Positions 9,409 to 18,816 of a stretch of 64,000 bases of DNA are shown here, in pieces. The stretch's first letter is position 1. Every line of letters begins with the position of its first letter. Origin of the DNA: a virus. Below the pieces are notes generated by a model. That model had not been told where the DNA came from. It made no database searches and saw only the letters and a program-made list of their open reading frames with translations. Position numbers and translations under genes: made by a program. The stretch spans positions 58,060 through 122,059 of the IMG/VR virus record IMGVR_UViG_3300021425_004462, one strand, 5' to 3'.

Positions 9409-10800
9409 TTAAAAATTATCGTATAACCCTGTTTCTTTGTATGTAACTGCGTACTTTATAGAGAAACCTGATATGGTATGCGGTCTTTTAACATAAATTC
9501 TTCCGGCTTCATCGTTTTCTATCTTTACTGCCATATCTATATCTAAATATATAAGATCTTCTGTTTTGGGAGACACGGGCTCAGAGTTGTCAAGTCTTCT
9601 TTCTGATGTGTGAAATTGTATAGGATAAGATGATTCATTGTGAATTACGACGCTTTCAACTAAACCTCTCTCATAAAGATCATTAAAGTCTATAAGCTCG
9701 TAAGAATTAATTAAGCTTGCGGATTTATTTTCTTGCCTCATTCCAAATTCTGTGTCTGTATGGAAGCAAAATTTACTATCTACGCATCTATTAGGGTCTG
9801 TATATTCTGCATGAATAAAGTAATCCGGGTGACCTGTTTCTAATAATGATTTATTTTTTCTTCCATTTTCAAAATAAGTTCCAAATACATCATCCATGAG
9901 GTTGCGATTTTCTCCATAACAATTTCCGCTATCTATACCGTATCTTTTTGTATCAGAAATAGATTCAAGAAGTAAAAAATCTTCTTCTATTTTTTGAGAA
10001 ACAGTTTTCGTTCTAAGCTTCCATGGTTGGTATAATTCCCTTCTTTCTATTTGGTGCCATATGTCTACAAGTTTTCCGGAAATTCCTACAAGCTCTCCAG
10101 AAATACCCACCAATTCTCCTGATATTCCATGAGTGCCTTCAACTAATTCTTCTGAAATTTCTACTAATTCTCCAGATATACCTTCCGTTCCTTCAACTAG
10201 TTCCTCTGATATTTCATGAAGCTGTCCAGAAATCCCTTTTAATTCTGAAGACATATTATCTAGATTTCCTGAAACACCAGATAGTAATCTATGAGTTTCT
10301 TGATCTGAATCTATTTCTACATCAATGTGAATACTAGAAAGTTCTCCAGAAATACCCGAAAGTAATCTATGAGTTTGTGTGTCCTCATCAATTTTTACAT
10401 CAATATGAATATCTGAAAGTTCTCCCGAAATTCCAGATAAAAGCCTATGGGTTTCTATGTCATTAGACAGAGAAAGTTGGCCAGAGATTCCAGATAAAAG
10501 CCTATGGGTTTCTATGTCATTAGACAGAGAAAGTTGGCCAGAGATTCCAGATAAAAGCCTATGGGTTTCTATGTCATTAGACAGAGAAAGTTGACCAGAG
10601 ATTCCAGATAAAAGCTTATGAGTTTCTGTATCGCTGGGCTCAATTGATAAGTCTAAATTATCTATCGTTATTCCGCCAGCCGGCTCCCATCTACCACTAG
10701 CTTTATTCCACTGATATGAAAAAGTAGGCTGAGGTGATAGGTGATCTAATTGCGTTATATCTTTATATAACGGATTATTTTTATAATCTTCGTTGGCCAT
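9409..10800 (-). CDS. Putative virion protein with SG-rich repeats
   Basis: ETHRLLSGISGQL and GISGEL repeats; GTGTA motif upstream. Confidence 0.55.
   Translation of the reverse strand: MANEDYKNNPLYKDITQLDHLSPQPTFSYQWNKASGRWEPAGGITIDNLDLSIEPSDTETHKLLSGISGQLSLSNDIETHRLLSGISGQLSLSNDIETHRLLSGISGQLSLSNDIETHRLLSGISGELSDIHIDVKIDEDTQTHRLLSGISGELSSIHIDVEIDSDQETHRLLSGVSGNLDNMSSELKGISGQLHEISEELVEGTEGISGELVEISEELVEGTHGISGELVGISGELVGISGKLVDIWHQIERRELYQPWKLRTKTVSQKIEEDFLLLESISDTKRYGIDSGNCYGENRNLMDDVFGTYFENGRKNKSLLETGHPDYFIHAEYTDPNRCVDSKFCFHTDTEFGMRQENKSASLINSYELIDFNDLYERGLVESVVIHNESSYPIQFHTSERRLDNSEPVSPKTEDLIYLDIDMAVKIENDEAGRIYVKRPHTISGFSIKYAVTYKETGLYDNF
10070..10628. repeat. Nested coding repeats: near-perfect 57-bp units, longer variant units and 21-bp GISGELV units
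   Basis: 57-bp period visible at about 10430-10628 (aagcctatgggtttctatgtcattagacagagaaagttggccagagattccagataa). Confidence 0.9.
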
Positions 10801-10810
10801 ACGAAGATAT

Positions 10811-10815
10811 TACAC
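10811..10815 (-). promoter_or_regulatory. GTGTA upstream motif
   Basis: Minus strand AAAAGGTGTAATATCTTCGT-ATG; 10 nt before ATG 10800. Confidence 0.65.
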
Positions 10816-10822
10816 CTTTTTT

Positions 10823-11167
10823 TTAGTCTCTATCTAAGTGGTGTTTTATGCCGTTTCTTTTCTTGCTATATTCTTTGAAATATTTTTGCTGAACTGGATC
10901 ATACCCTAGTTTATCTTTTCTTTTCTGACTAAGTTCTCTACTTTGATCAACTAAGTCTCCATATGTACCTTTTTGGTTTGCTGTTTTTTGTATAAAAGCT
11001 TGATTATCAAAAGGATCTGAGCTTGAATCTATACTAGCCTGAGGAATATCCCACACTCTATTCCATTTAATCCCTTCTTGATCTATATAGATGTGTTCAT
11101 CATTCATTGATTGAATAATATCTATAGTTTCTTCTGTCTCAGGGTGTTCGTATGTATATAAAGGCAT
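10823..11167 (-). CDS. FmdB-like small protein lacking the Zn-ribbon cysteines
   Basis: N-terminus MPLYTYEHPETEETIDIIQSMND resembles the MPxYxYxCxxCG FmdB start. Confidence 0.5.
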   Translation of the reverse strand: MPLYTYEHPETEETIDIIQSMNDEHIYIDQEGIKWNRVWDIPQASIDSSSDPFDNQAFIQKTANQKGTYGDLVDQSRELSQKRKDKLGYDPVQQKYFKEYSKKRNGIKHHLDRD

Positions 11168-12222
11168 TATTCTAATATTTTTTCTAAAGTATTTTTGTAT
11201 GTAAATTTATTTTTTAGTTTATTGCCTTCGGTATTTTCTTTTTTACAAATAGTTTCAGCTTTTTCCATTGCGGATATAAATTCTTCGTCATCAAAAGTAT
11301 ATATACTGCCTTGGTTGAAGTCAGAACCTTTTTTAAAAAAAATGTTATCATAAACTTCTTCTTTTCCGTTTGGCTCAATTAATATAGAATTATCTTTTGA
11401 GGCCCAGTCTTTATGTGCAGTTGAATTTAATACAATACTCCATTTCCCTAGGCATGTGGCATTGAAGGATGGTAGGTTCCAACCTTCTGCACCACTCATA
11501 CCTCCAAGATCGATATCTATTGAGTTTAAAAAATCATTAACTTGAGAGTTTTTAGGTAAAAATGGCAAGAAGTTTATGTTTCCATAACTTTTTCCTTGAA
11601 GTATATTTCTTATGGAAGCTTCCATTTCTTCTTTTTTGAAAAATGGATTAGAAATGCAACACGTTAATTGGTATTTGTAGTTATTGCCATATTTCTTGAT
11701 CCAGTTTCTTATAATTTTTTCTGTATGCTTTCTTTTTTCTAGCTTACCCATTAAACCAAAATGAATCTTATCGTTTAAATATTTTTTTTCGGTATTATAA
11801 AAAGAATCGTCAAAACCTAACGGCGCATAGGATGCGTTATTAAATTTACCTGCAGAATAAGAACTGCTAAAAACAACTTTATCTTGAAGTTCTGCTATTT
11901 TTACCTCTGATTCTGTGGGTTGATCTAATTCGTAAAAAGTGTAAAGTATTTGATTTTTAGATATCCTGCTTTCTGCGCCATTTAAGTGCCACATCTGAAG
12001 GGTCGTTGTGTTTTTATCTAATTTTTTATATCTATTATTAACCCCGTCTTCTACCCAAAGTTTAAAATTAGAGTCATTTATTTTAAATGAACTGACATCC
12101 ACATTGCCAGTTGGGAAAATTGCTACATCTATATTTTTAGAGTATATTTCTTTTAGTAAATTAAAGCAAACATTACCAAAAGATAGTGAGTTAAGTGGAC
12201 CTTTAAATATTAATTTGTTCAT
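11167..12222 (-). CDS. GT4-like (GT-B) glycosyltransferase
   Basis: GKLEKRK and SGAEGWNLPSFNATCLGK (EGxxLP-type motif). Confidence 0.75.
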   Translation of the reverse strand: MNKLIFKGPLNSLSFGNVCFNLLKEIYSKNIDVAIFPTGNVDVSSFKINDSNFKLWVEDGVNNRYKKLDKNTTTLQMWHLNGAESRISKNQILYTFYELDQPTESEVKIAELQDKVVFSSSYSAGKFNNASYAPLGFDDSFYNTEKKYLNDKIHFGLMGKLEKRKHTEKIIRNWIKKYGNNYKYQLTCCISNPFFKKEEMEASIRNILQGKSYGNINFLPFLPKNSQVNDFLNSIDIDLGGMSGAEGWNLPSFNATCLGKWSIVLNSTAHKDWASKDNSILIEPNGKEEVYDNIFFKKGSDFNQGSIYTFDDEEFISAMEKAETICKKENTEGNKLKNKFTYKNTLEKILE

Positions 12223-12605
12223 TAAAATGGAATATCTGCGAATTCATCGTCTTCTTGAGTATTTTGTTTTTCTTTAGGTACTGGATTATCTGTTGAGTTT
12301 TCATTATTTCCACTTAAAAATGTAACTAAATCAGCTATACAATATATTTTATTTCTTGTTTGTCCTTCTGCATTTTTCCAAGAATTTAAATGGAGCCTTC
12401 CATCTATCATTACTTTCCTGCCTTTACTTAAGAATCTAGCGCAGTTATCTGCAGTCTTGTTCCACGCTTCTACATCTAGATAAAGGACATTATCTGACGG
12501 TCTGTTGTTTATTGCTATAGTGAATACGCAAACTTTTTTACCTGTTTTAGTTTCTTTTACTTCTGGGTCCCTTGTTAAATTTCCTAGTCCTATAAATCTA
12601 TTCAA
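12222..12605 (-). CDS. ssb: Single-stranded DNA-binding protein
   Basis: GNLTRDPE, FTIAIN, LSKGRKV.IDGRL, and acidic C-tail DDEFADIPF. Confidence 0.95.
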   Translation of the reverse strand: MNRFIGLGNLTRDPEVKETKTGKKVCVFTIAINNRPSDNVLYLDVEAWNKTADNCARFLSKGRKVMIDGRLHLNSWKNAEGQTRNKIYCIADLVTFLSGNNENSTDNPVPKEKQNTQEDDEFADIPF

Positions 12606-13209
12606 TGTTAAATTCTCCTTTTAGTTCGTTTTGTATTTCTTTAATTGCTGAGTTATGTATATTTATGCAACCTTGGATACTTAAGTTTAATGAATCTCCT
12701 ATATTTTTCCAGGGCATTACTTTATTTTTCATTCCTTCAATGTATCTCATGTTGAATATTTTTTCAACTCTTTTATCTGGATGATTATCTATTATCTTTA
12801 AAACTTTATTAAATATATCTTCTTTTATAGAGTTTGCTATGTCTTTAGATTCTTCTGATTCTTGATCTGTCATATTTTCTATAAAATCTGAGTTAAAAAC
12901 AGGTCTTCTTTTATTTCTGTTGTACGTGTTTAGGCAGTTCCATTTTGTTTCATTACCTAAATATGTGCTGAATTTGGTACCTTTCGTTTCGTCGTATTTT
13001 AATGCAGCCATGTATATCTTGTATTCTTTTTCGTTAATTAACTCGTCTTTATCAATATAATTGCTTTGCCTAGAAGAATATGCATTTACCATATCTATAT
13101 ATATTCCGCTATGCCGATCTACTAATTCATTTAAACTCTCTTCAATATCATGTTGATTTTTTATATTATTAATAAGTTCAGAATCGGATTGATTATTGAA
13201 ATAGTTCAT
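12598..13209 (-). CDS. Phage-encoded sigma70-family sigma factor (regions 2 and 4)
   Basis: AALKYDETKGTKFSTYL (region 2); IFNMRY...WKNIGDSLNLSIQ (region 4-like HTH). Confidence 0.8.
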   Translation of the reverse strand: MNYFNNQSDSELINNIKNQHDIEESLNELVDRHSGIYIDMVNAYSSRQSNYIDKDELINEKEYKIYMAALKYDETKGTKFSTYLGNETKWNCLNTYNRNKRRPVFNSDFIENMTDQESEESKDIANSIKEDIFNKVLKIIDNHPDKRVEKIFNMRYIEGMKNKVMPWKNIGDSLNLSIQGCINIHNSAIKEIQNELKGEFNIE

Positions 13210-13738
13210 TGTATATAGAATTTATTTTATTGTTTATATATAGATTATCTGTTTCTCTGAAATTTTTCCACTTTACTCTATATTGGGACATGTTTTTTAA
13301 GATAGGATCGTTCTTTAATTCCTCCTTATTGGGCGCGATGTTTCCGTGCCTTTCGATATGGATTGTTTTTCCGCCCTGAGATTCAACCCATTCTATTTCA
13401 TTTTTATACCTAACATCTGTAATGAAGACATAATCCTGATTGATACTTTTAAGTTTATTGGAGAGCCTATCGATCCAACAGTTCTTGTTAAGCCTTCTTC
13501 TTACCTTTGTCCCATAGCATACCAAGAAAGGTCTGATGATTTCTTTCTCTGTATTGATTTCGGTAAATGCTGATATACCTATATTCTTCTTGAGAAAATC
13601 ATCACATTCTTCTTTTAATTCATCAGCAAACGCTAGTCGTTTGGATGAAATATTTTTATTACTTAATTTTTTGGATAAGAACTGAAACAGAGTATCCTTA
13701 CCTGATCTCGCTAATCCTGATATTCCTATAATTGTCAT
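13193..13738 (-). CDS. Deoxynucleoside monophosphate kinase (T4 gp1-like P-loop)
   Basis: IIGISGLARSGKDT, FADELKE, ITDVRYKNE. Confidence 0.8.
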   Translation of the reverse strand: MTIIGISGLARSGKDTLFQFLSKKLSNKNISSKRLAFADELKEECDDFLKKNIGISAFTEINTEKEIIRPFLVCYGTKVRRRLNKNCWIDRLSNKLKSINQDYVFITDVRYKNEIEWVESQGGKTIHIERHGNIAPNKEELKNDPILKNMSQYRVKWKNFRETDNLYINNKINSIYNELFQ

Positions 13739-14046
13739 GAACCGAAAATGTTTTTGACCTTAGAGGATAAATCATGAAATCCGGCATTAGCTAACATTCG
13801 TGATACTGAGTGATAGCTCGTTACTTCATTCATGTCTTCATCTACCTCGTTTGGTATATAGTCTTTACTTATCTTTGACGAAATCATGACCGAGGATAGT
13901 TTCAAGTCCTTACCTCGCTCCGCTAACATATTTACTAATGCTTTTGTGCAAGCCTCTGTTTCATCTTCAGCAGACAAAACTATCGACCAATCAGAGCATT
14001 TAACTATGAAACATGTTTCTTTATCTAAATCGATAATATTTTCCAT
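13735..14046 (-). CDS. Hypothetical protein (start revised to ATG 14046)
   Basis: The ORF-track TTG at 14082 is the -35 box; an in-frame ATG lies 7 nt after TATAAT. Confidence 0.7.
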   Translation of the reverse strand: MENIIDLDKETCFIVKCSDWSIVLSAEDETEACTKALVNMLAERGKDLKLSSVMISSKISKDYIPNEVDEDMNEVTSYHSVSRMLANAGFHDLSSKVKNIFGS

Positions 14047-14053
14047 GCTTTGA

Positions 14054-14082
14054 ATTATAGCCCATAGTTGAAGTAAAGTCAA
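14054..14082 (-). promoter_or_regulatory. Sigma70-type promoter, probably leaderless
   Basis: TTGACT-17 nt-TATAAT-7 nt-ATG. Confidence 0.85.
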
Positions 14083-14127
14083 TCTTATTTTATATATTTA
14101 TTAAATTAAGATATATAGTATATCCTA

Positions 14128-14180
14128 TTGAATAACAATGCACAATTTTTTGCACGTCACTAATTCAATTTTTTGAATAA
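14128..14180. repeat. Short direct/inverted repeats between the divergent promoters
   Basis: CAATTTTTTG at 14143-14152 and 14166-14175; TTGAATAA at 14128-14135 and 14173-14180. Confidence 0.6.
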
Positions 14181-14183
14181 GAC

Positions 14184-14212
14184 TTGACAAAAATCTAATT
14201 TAAGTATAAGAT
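14184..14212 (+). promoter_or_regulatory. Sigma70-type promoter, probably leaderless
   Basis: TTGACA-17 nt-TAAGAT-7 nt-ATG 14220. Confidence 0.8.
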
Positions 14213-14219
14213 CTATCGA

Positions 14220-14543
14220 ATGAAAAAATTCATACAGATACCATTAGCTATTCAAGAGGATATTATTTCGGGCAAATTAATTGGTAACGATCTAGTTGTT
14301 TACTCCTACCTCGTTGATAAGGCCGGGCACGGCAAACCTATATATTTTTCTAACAACAAGATAGCAGGAGAACTAGGCGGAATGTCTTACGGTAAAATAT
14401 CGGCAAGCCTAAGCAGACTATATAAGGCTAAACATATTTTAAGAAAAAAAACAGCAGGAAATACAATGACACAGTTAAAGACTGTTGTTATAAATTCCAA
14501 AAATATCATGATAAAGGGGAGGCAGCATGAAGATATCTGTTAG
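14220..14543 (+). CDS. Winged helix-turn-helix protein (resembles replication-initiator N-terminal domains)
   Basis: FIQIP..I...L...DLVVYSYL...YFSNNKIAGELG.S...ISASLSRL...HILR. Confidence 0.65.
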   Translation: MKKFIQIPLAIQEDIISGKLIGNDLVVYSYLVDKAGHGKPIYFSNNKIAGELGGMSYGKISASLSRLYKAKHILRKKTAGNTMTQLKTVVINSKNIMIKGRQHEDIC

Positions 14544-15480
14544 GATGGAGGGTGGCTTAGGTGACCACTTCGCCGCTAATAGATTCATTCCTGCAATTAA
14601 GGAATATTACCCTGGGTGCGAAATAGACCTATGGTCAGACACGGAAGGTAGCCCGATACAGTCAGATATACTTAAGGAAATGTGGCCAGACCATTTCAAT
14701 AATGTTTTTGTTTTGGAAAAAAAGAAACATAAAAAATTTCGAATAAAATCATCAAATTTCCCAGAAGAAGATTATAGAGGGTCAATTAAAAATGTATCAC
14801 CTAATGATATGAAATTAATGGAAGGGGCTTATGATAAGTTTTACGACCTACATATTGACTCCTTAGATTGGTTGAACCATGACTACGATTGGTTTAAGTA
14901 TTTTAATATCTTTCCAAAACCCACTACCAACTTAACCGAAAATATAAAGTTACCTTTTGACAAATTCATTTTAGCGCACCTTTATGCGAGAGACGGTGCA
15001 GATTCAAATATGGAAGATTGGTATATTAAGAGATTAATTAACGATATAACAAAAGATTTCAACTTAATAATTCTTTACGATAGTCATTCCAAACATAAAT
15101 ACGAAGATTTTCTGGAATCAAAAAACCCAAAATTACATTTAGTGCACGCAGATCTAAGGCAAATATTTTATCTGTCCAGTAAATGTACAGCTATGTTCGG
15201 TATTGATTCAGGGATACGATATATTCCATATCATTTTGGTAAACCCACATTCACTTTCTCAAAATATTGTCAAAAATACGGAACGGTTCAATACTCTTAT
15301 TTAATTAGATGGTTATTTAATGAAAAGTACGTTTTTCCTTTACATTATGACATTAGTAGCGCAAGTCAAATAATAAAAAATTGCTTACGCAATCCTGCGT
15401 ATAGATTATACCCTTTCTTACTAGATGATATAGAGCGTCTGGTTGCCCAGAGAGACATTACGGAATATATTACAGAATGA
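14527..15480 (+). CDS. GT9-like (heptosyltransferase-type) glycosyltransferase
   Basis: GGLGDH..RFIPAIKEYYP and FGIDSGIRYI. Confidence 0.65.
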   Translation: MKISVRMEGGLGDHFAANRFIPAIKEYYPGCEIDLWSDTEGSPIQSDILKEMWPDHFNNVFVLEKKKHKKFRIKSSNFPEEDYRGSIKNVSPNDMKLMEGAYDKFYDLHIDSLDWLNHDYDWFKYFNIFPKPTTNLTENIKLPFDKFILAHLYARDGADSNMEDWYIKRLINDITKDFNLIILYDSHSKHKYEDFLESKNPKLHLVHADLRQIFYLSSKCTAMFGIDSGIRYIPYHFGKPTFTFSKYCQKYGTVQYSYLIRWLFNEKYVFPLHYDISSASQIIKNCLRNPAYRLYPFLLDDIERLVAQRDITEYITE

Positions 15481-16265
15481 AAGTAGCATTATGGTTTAGT
15501 GGGAAATTAGGAGACTGGGAAGAATGTTTAAAGTCGATAACAGAAAATATTATCTGGCCACTAAAGCCAGATATTTTCGTTACAACTTGGGACGATCAAC
15601 CCTCTTACGACTTCTGCCAATACTATAAACCAGTAAAACGTCAAATATTGAACTTCGAAAAAGCAATGGCATCGCTAGCGCCAACAGACAAGCTCCCATA
15701 CCAGCCAAACAAAGGATTAATACCTATGTTAGTAGGAATTAAAGCCTCTAATACTATATTCCAAAACTACGCTTTATTAAAAAAAATCAATTACGATTTA
15801 GTAATCAGGATAAGACCAGACATACAAGTATTAGAACAAATAAAACCTCATGAAATAAAAGATTGTTTAAAAAATAAACATATTAGACTACCACTATTTG
15901 AGAGTACCAATATATACAATCATGAAGAAGAAATCAAAAAACAATTTAGCTTCAGTTTTGTATATGACAAAGCTTCTCTGCCAAATCAAATAAATGATCA
16001 GCTAGCTATTGGACACCCCGACCAAATGAATAAGTACGCAAATTGTTTATCAAGCGTAGCAACTGCAATAAAAATTATGTGGAATGAAGGTTACCCTGAA
16101 TATATGATCAAAGTGCCAGAGTCAGTAATAACAATGTGCCTAAACTTACAGCAATGTAAATACAAGCAATTAACAGGAACAAATCCGTTTGGTAATATTA
16201 ATACAATCCTGTGTAAAAATGGCAAAAAATGGAGAAACCAAGGACACAACTCAATTTCAGTTTAA
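15477..16265 (+). CDS. Putative glycan-modifying protein (KVALxFSG...YDLVIRxRPD type)
   Basis: Motif pattern typical of proteins in phage and giant-virus glycosylation clusters; resembles 18817-19620. Confidence 0.5.
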   Translation: MKVALWFSGKLGDWEECLKSITENIIWPLKPDIFVTTWDDQPSYDFCQYYKPVKRQILNFEKAMASLAPTDKLPYQPNKGLIPMLVGIKASNTIFQNYALLKKINYDLVIRIRPDIQVLEQIKPHEIKDCLKNKHIRLPLFESTNIYNHEEEIKKQFSFSFVYDKASLPNQINDQLAIGHPDQMNKYANCLSSVATAIKIMWNEGYPEYMIKVPESVITMCLNLQQCKYKQLTGTNPFGNINTILCKNGKKWRNQGHNSISV

Positions 16266-17221
16266 TGAAAATTTTCTTTCCAGATATCCACATAACTTTA
16301 ACAAAAAATTTAAGCAAATCCTTGCAACAGCTAGGTCACCAAATAGTACTACCCTCAAAAGATTACCGCATAACAGAGTTACCTCCTCAAAATTGGGTAT
16401 GGAACACTTCCCACTCAAAAGAATCTATTAAAAAATTCGACCTAGCGTCTAATTCTATTTTCGTAGATAAAGAAGAGCTTTTCGATATAAAACCTGACGT
16501 TATATTTGTTAGTGCATTCGAAAATCAATTCGAAGTACTAAATATTATATGGCCTGAAGCTAAAAAATGGGGAGCAAAACTAGCATTTTACAGCGGAAAC
16601 GATTATTGGGACACGGCTTATCCGTGGGAGATAATACAAAACTATATGCCCGCAGACCAACTAGCAGCAAAGCTTTGCGCTAAACACAAAAAACATTTTT
16701 TTCATTACAAACCCTGGATTGATTATGAAATGTTTTCCTTTGATGGGGTTTCTGACGGCAAAAAGATAGGTACATATATATGTGATTACAAAAATAACTT
16801 CCCGGAAGACTACGAGTGCTATACTCAAACCATTCGAGCTCATAATGCAGAATATATTTTATGCGAAAAAGAAACAAAACAAAGAACTTCAGAGATAATG
16901 AACGAAACAATCTCTACCTTACATATAAAAAGACTAGAAGGTTACGGTTTTGCTATTATCGAAAGCATGGCAAAAGGTAGACCGGTCTTTTTCTGGGAAC
17001 CTTTAACTGAGGGCAAAAGCTACCTTCAATGGTTAGAGCTTGGGGTTACCGGCTTTACATTTAGAGATTTAGGGGATTACATTTCTCAACAAAATTTCTT
17101 AATAACAGAAACTGAATTTAGACATGAAGTACAGAATAAGTGTGCCGAGAGGATAAGAGATATAATAAATAATGAAGAAGAGAATTTAAAATTAGACAAT
17201 TTCTTAAATAATCTATTATGA
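16265..17221 (+). CDS. GT4-like glycosyltransferase (start revised to ATG 16265)
   Basis: EGYGFAIIESMAKGRPV and GVTGF; TAATG coupling with the upstream stop. Confidence 0.75.
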   Translation: MKIFFPDIHITLTKNLSKSLQQLGHQIVLPSKDYRITELPPQNWVWNTSHSKESIKKFDLASNSIFVDKEELFDIKPDVIFVSAFENQFEVLNIIWPEAKKWGAKLAFYSGNDYWDTAYPWEIIQNYMPADQLAAKLCAKHKKHFFHYKPWIDYEMFSFDGVSDGKKIGTYICDYKNNFPEDYECYTQTIRAHNAEYILCEKETKQRTSEIMNETISTLHIKRLEGYGFAIIESMAKGRPVFFWEPLTEGKSYLQWLELGVTGFTFRDLGDYISQQNFLITETEFRHEVQNKCAERIRDIINNEEENLKLDNFLNNLL

Positions 17222-17916
17222 AACTGAATGATTTATTTGATGCGGTTTATTATATTAACCTTGACTCAAGAACAGATAGAGATGAAGAGTTTTGGGAATT
17301 AAATAATAATTTTTTATGTAAAGAACGGACAATTAGAATATCTGCGTTTGATGCGAGAAACACAAATGTAGCAGACGGGGTCTTACCTCTAATGCGTGCA
17401 AGAGCGGCGCATTCAGTAAGCTATTCTAAACCTTTCCGCCATGCAATTGAGAATAACTTTAAAAAAATATTAGTTCTCGAAGATGACGCTGAACCAATGA
17501 TCAAGGACCCAGAAGAAATGTATTCCTTGATTAAAAATTGCCAACAAACAGATTATGATATATTATTCCTTGGAGGGACAGTCCAATCTCAATTAACAAA
17601 AGAAAATGAATTTCTGTACAAGGTTAAAAATAATGTACTAACCACACATGCAATATCTTTTTGTGATAATAATAACCTATTTAAAACAATAGCCCCATTA
17701 GGTAATAATTATGAAGCTACATTTGAGTACCTAACTAGACAAAGAAATTGTTTTGCGACAGACCTACTTACTTCAGAACTTACCTTAAAATACAGAAGTT
17801 TTTTTCCCAAGAGCCTTATCTACGGCCAATACGAAAGCTTTTCAGATATAGATGGAAAGAATGCATCTTACAATAACGATATGATAAATAGATTCGATAA
17901 ATTTACCGCATCATGA
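17218..17916 (+). CDS. GT25-like glycosyltransferase
   Basis: YYINLDSRTDR, ILVLEDDA, DILFLGG. Confidence 0.8.
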   Translation: MKLNDLFDAVYYINLDSRTDRDEEFWELNNNFLCKERTIRISAFDARNTNVADGVLPLMRARAAHSVSYSKPFRHAIENNFKKILVLEDDAEPMIKDPEEMYSLIKNCQQTDYDILFLGGTVQSQLTKENEFLYKVKNNVLTTHAISFCDNNNLFKTIAPLGNNYEATFEYLTRQRNCFATDLLTSELTLKYRSFFPKSLIYGQYESFSDIDGKNASYNNDMINRFDKFTAS

Positions 17917-18812
17917 AAAAAACTAACTTCGGAGTATTAGTATACCAAAATCAATATTTACCTGAATGTTCTTCGATTAATGTTGGAGACTACATACAAT
18001 CATTAGCGGCGTTAAATATATATAAAAAAATTATAGAAGAAAAACTTAATGTTTCATTCGAAATAGATGAATTCACTAATTTAGTTTTAGAGAATAATAT
18101 AGACGGATTTAATTTTATTTTCATCAAAAGAGATAACTTACATGAACAATCCCAATATCAAGGATTAGATAATATCATCACAATCATGAATGGATGGTGG
18201 ATGTGGCCATTTAATAAAAACAAAGAATTAAGTTTTGAGATACCCAAAAATTTAAAACCCATATTTACTTCGTTCCATATTTACGATAATAACTTACTTA
18301 ATGAAAAAAATATTAAAACTTTCGAAAGGTTTCAACCGATAGGCTGTAGGGACATAGATACATTAAATAAATTAAAAAGTAAAAACATAGATTGCTTCTT
18401 TTCTGGATGCCTAACCACAACAATAGATTTTTATGACTGGGAAGGTCAGAATTCAGATTCAGTACTACTAGTTGATTATAACAAAAATAATTTAAATGTA
18501 AATGAATCCAGACTGACACATCATACCCCAGAAATTAAGGAAGATTTTAAAAAAGGATTTAAACTAGGGCTTAATCTACTTAAAAAATATAGTTTATGCA
18601 AAAAAGTATACACCTCAAGAATACATTGCTATCTTCCGTGTCTAGCTATGGGCGTACCCGTTGAATTTAATTACGGAGATAATTCTAAGCTTAATACCTG
18701 GGGTACGGGCAATGAAAGATTCAACGGTTTAAGGGAACTTGGGGCAGAACAAGATAAACTGAATAAAATTCAACTAGGATTCGATCAAATCATGAATCAC
18801 ATAAAAATATAA
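17913..18812 (+). CDS. Polysaccharide pyruvyl-transferase-like protein
   Basis: NVGDYIQSLAA, MNGWW, PIGCRD, FSGCLT, TSRIHCYLPCLAMGVPV. Confidence 0.75.
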   Translation: MKKTNFGVLVYQNQYLPECSSINVGDYIQSLAALNIYKKIIEEKLNVSFEIDEFTNLVLENNIDGFNFIFIKRDNLHEQSQYQGLDNIITIMNGWWMWPFNKNKELSFEIPKNLKPIFTSFHIYDNNLLNEKNIKTFERFQPIGCRDIDTLNKLKSKNIDCFFSGCLTTTIDFYDWEGQNSDSVLLVDYNKNNLNVNESRLTHHTPEIKEDFKKGFKLGLNLLKKYSLCKKVYTSRIHCYLPCLAMGVPVEFNYGDNSKLNTWGTGNERFNGLRELGAEQDKLNKIQLGFDQIMNHIKI

Positions 18813-18816
18813 TACA

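Noticed and set aside
8388-10628. Tandem repeats as a CRISPR array or DGR template/variable repeats
   Set aside because: Units are contiguous, in frame, lack unique spacers and show no adenine-specific variation; there is no cas or reverse transcriptase gene in the window.
14047-14082. ORF-track N-terminal extensions (also 16229-16264 and 54130-54159)
   Set aside because: They overlap promoter elements or the upstream gene; better-placed in-frame ATGs exist.
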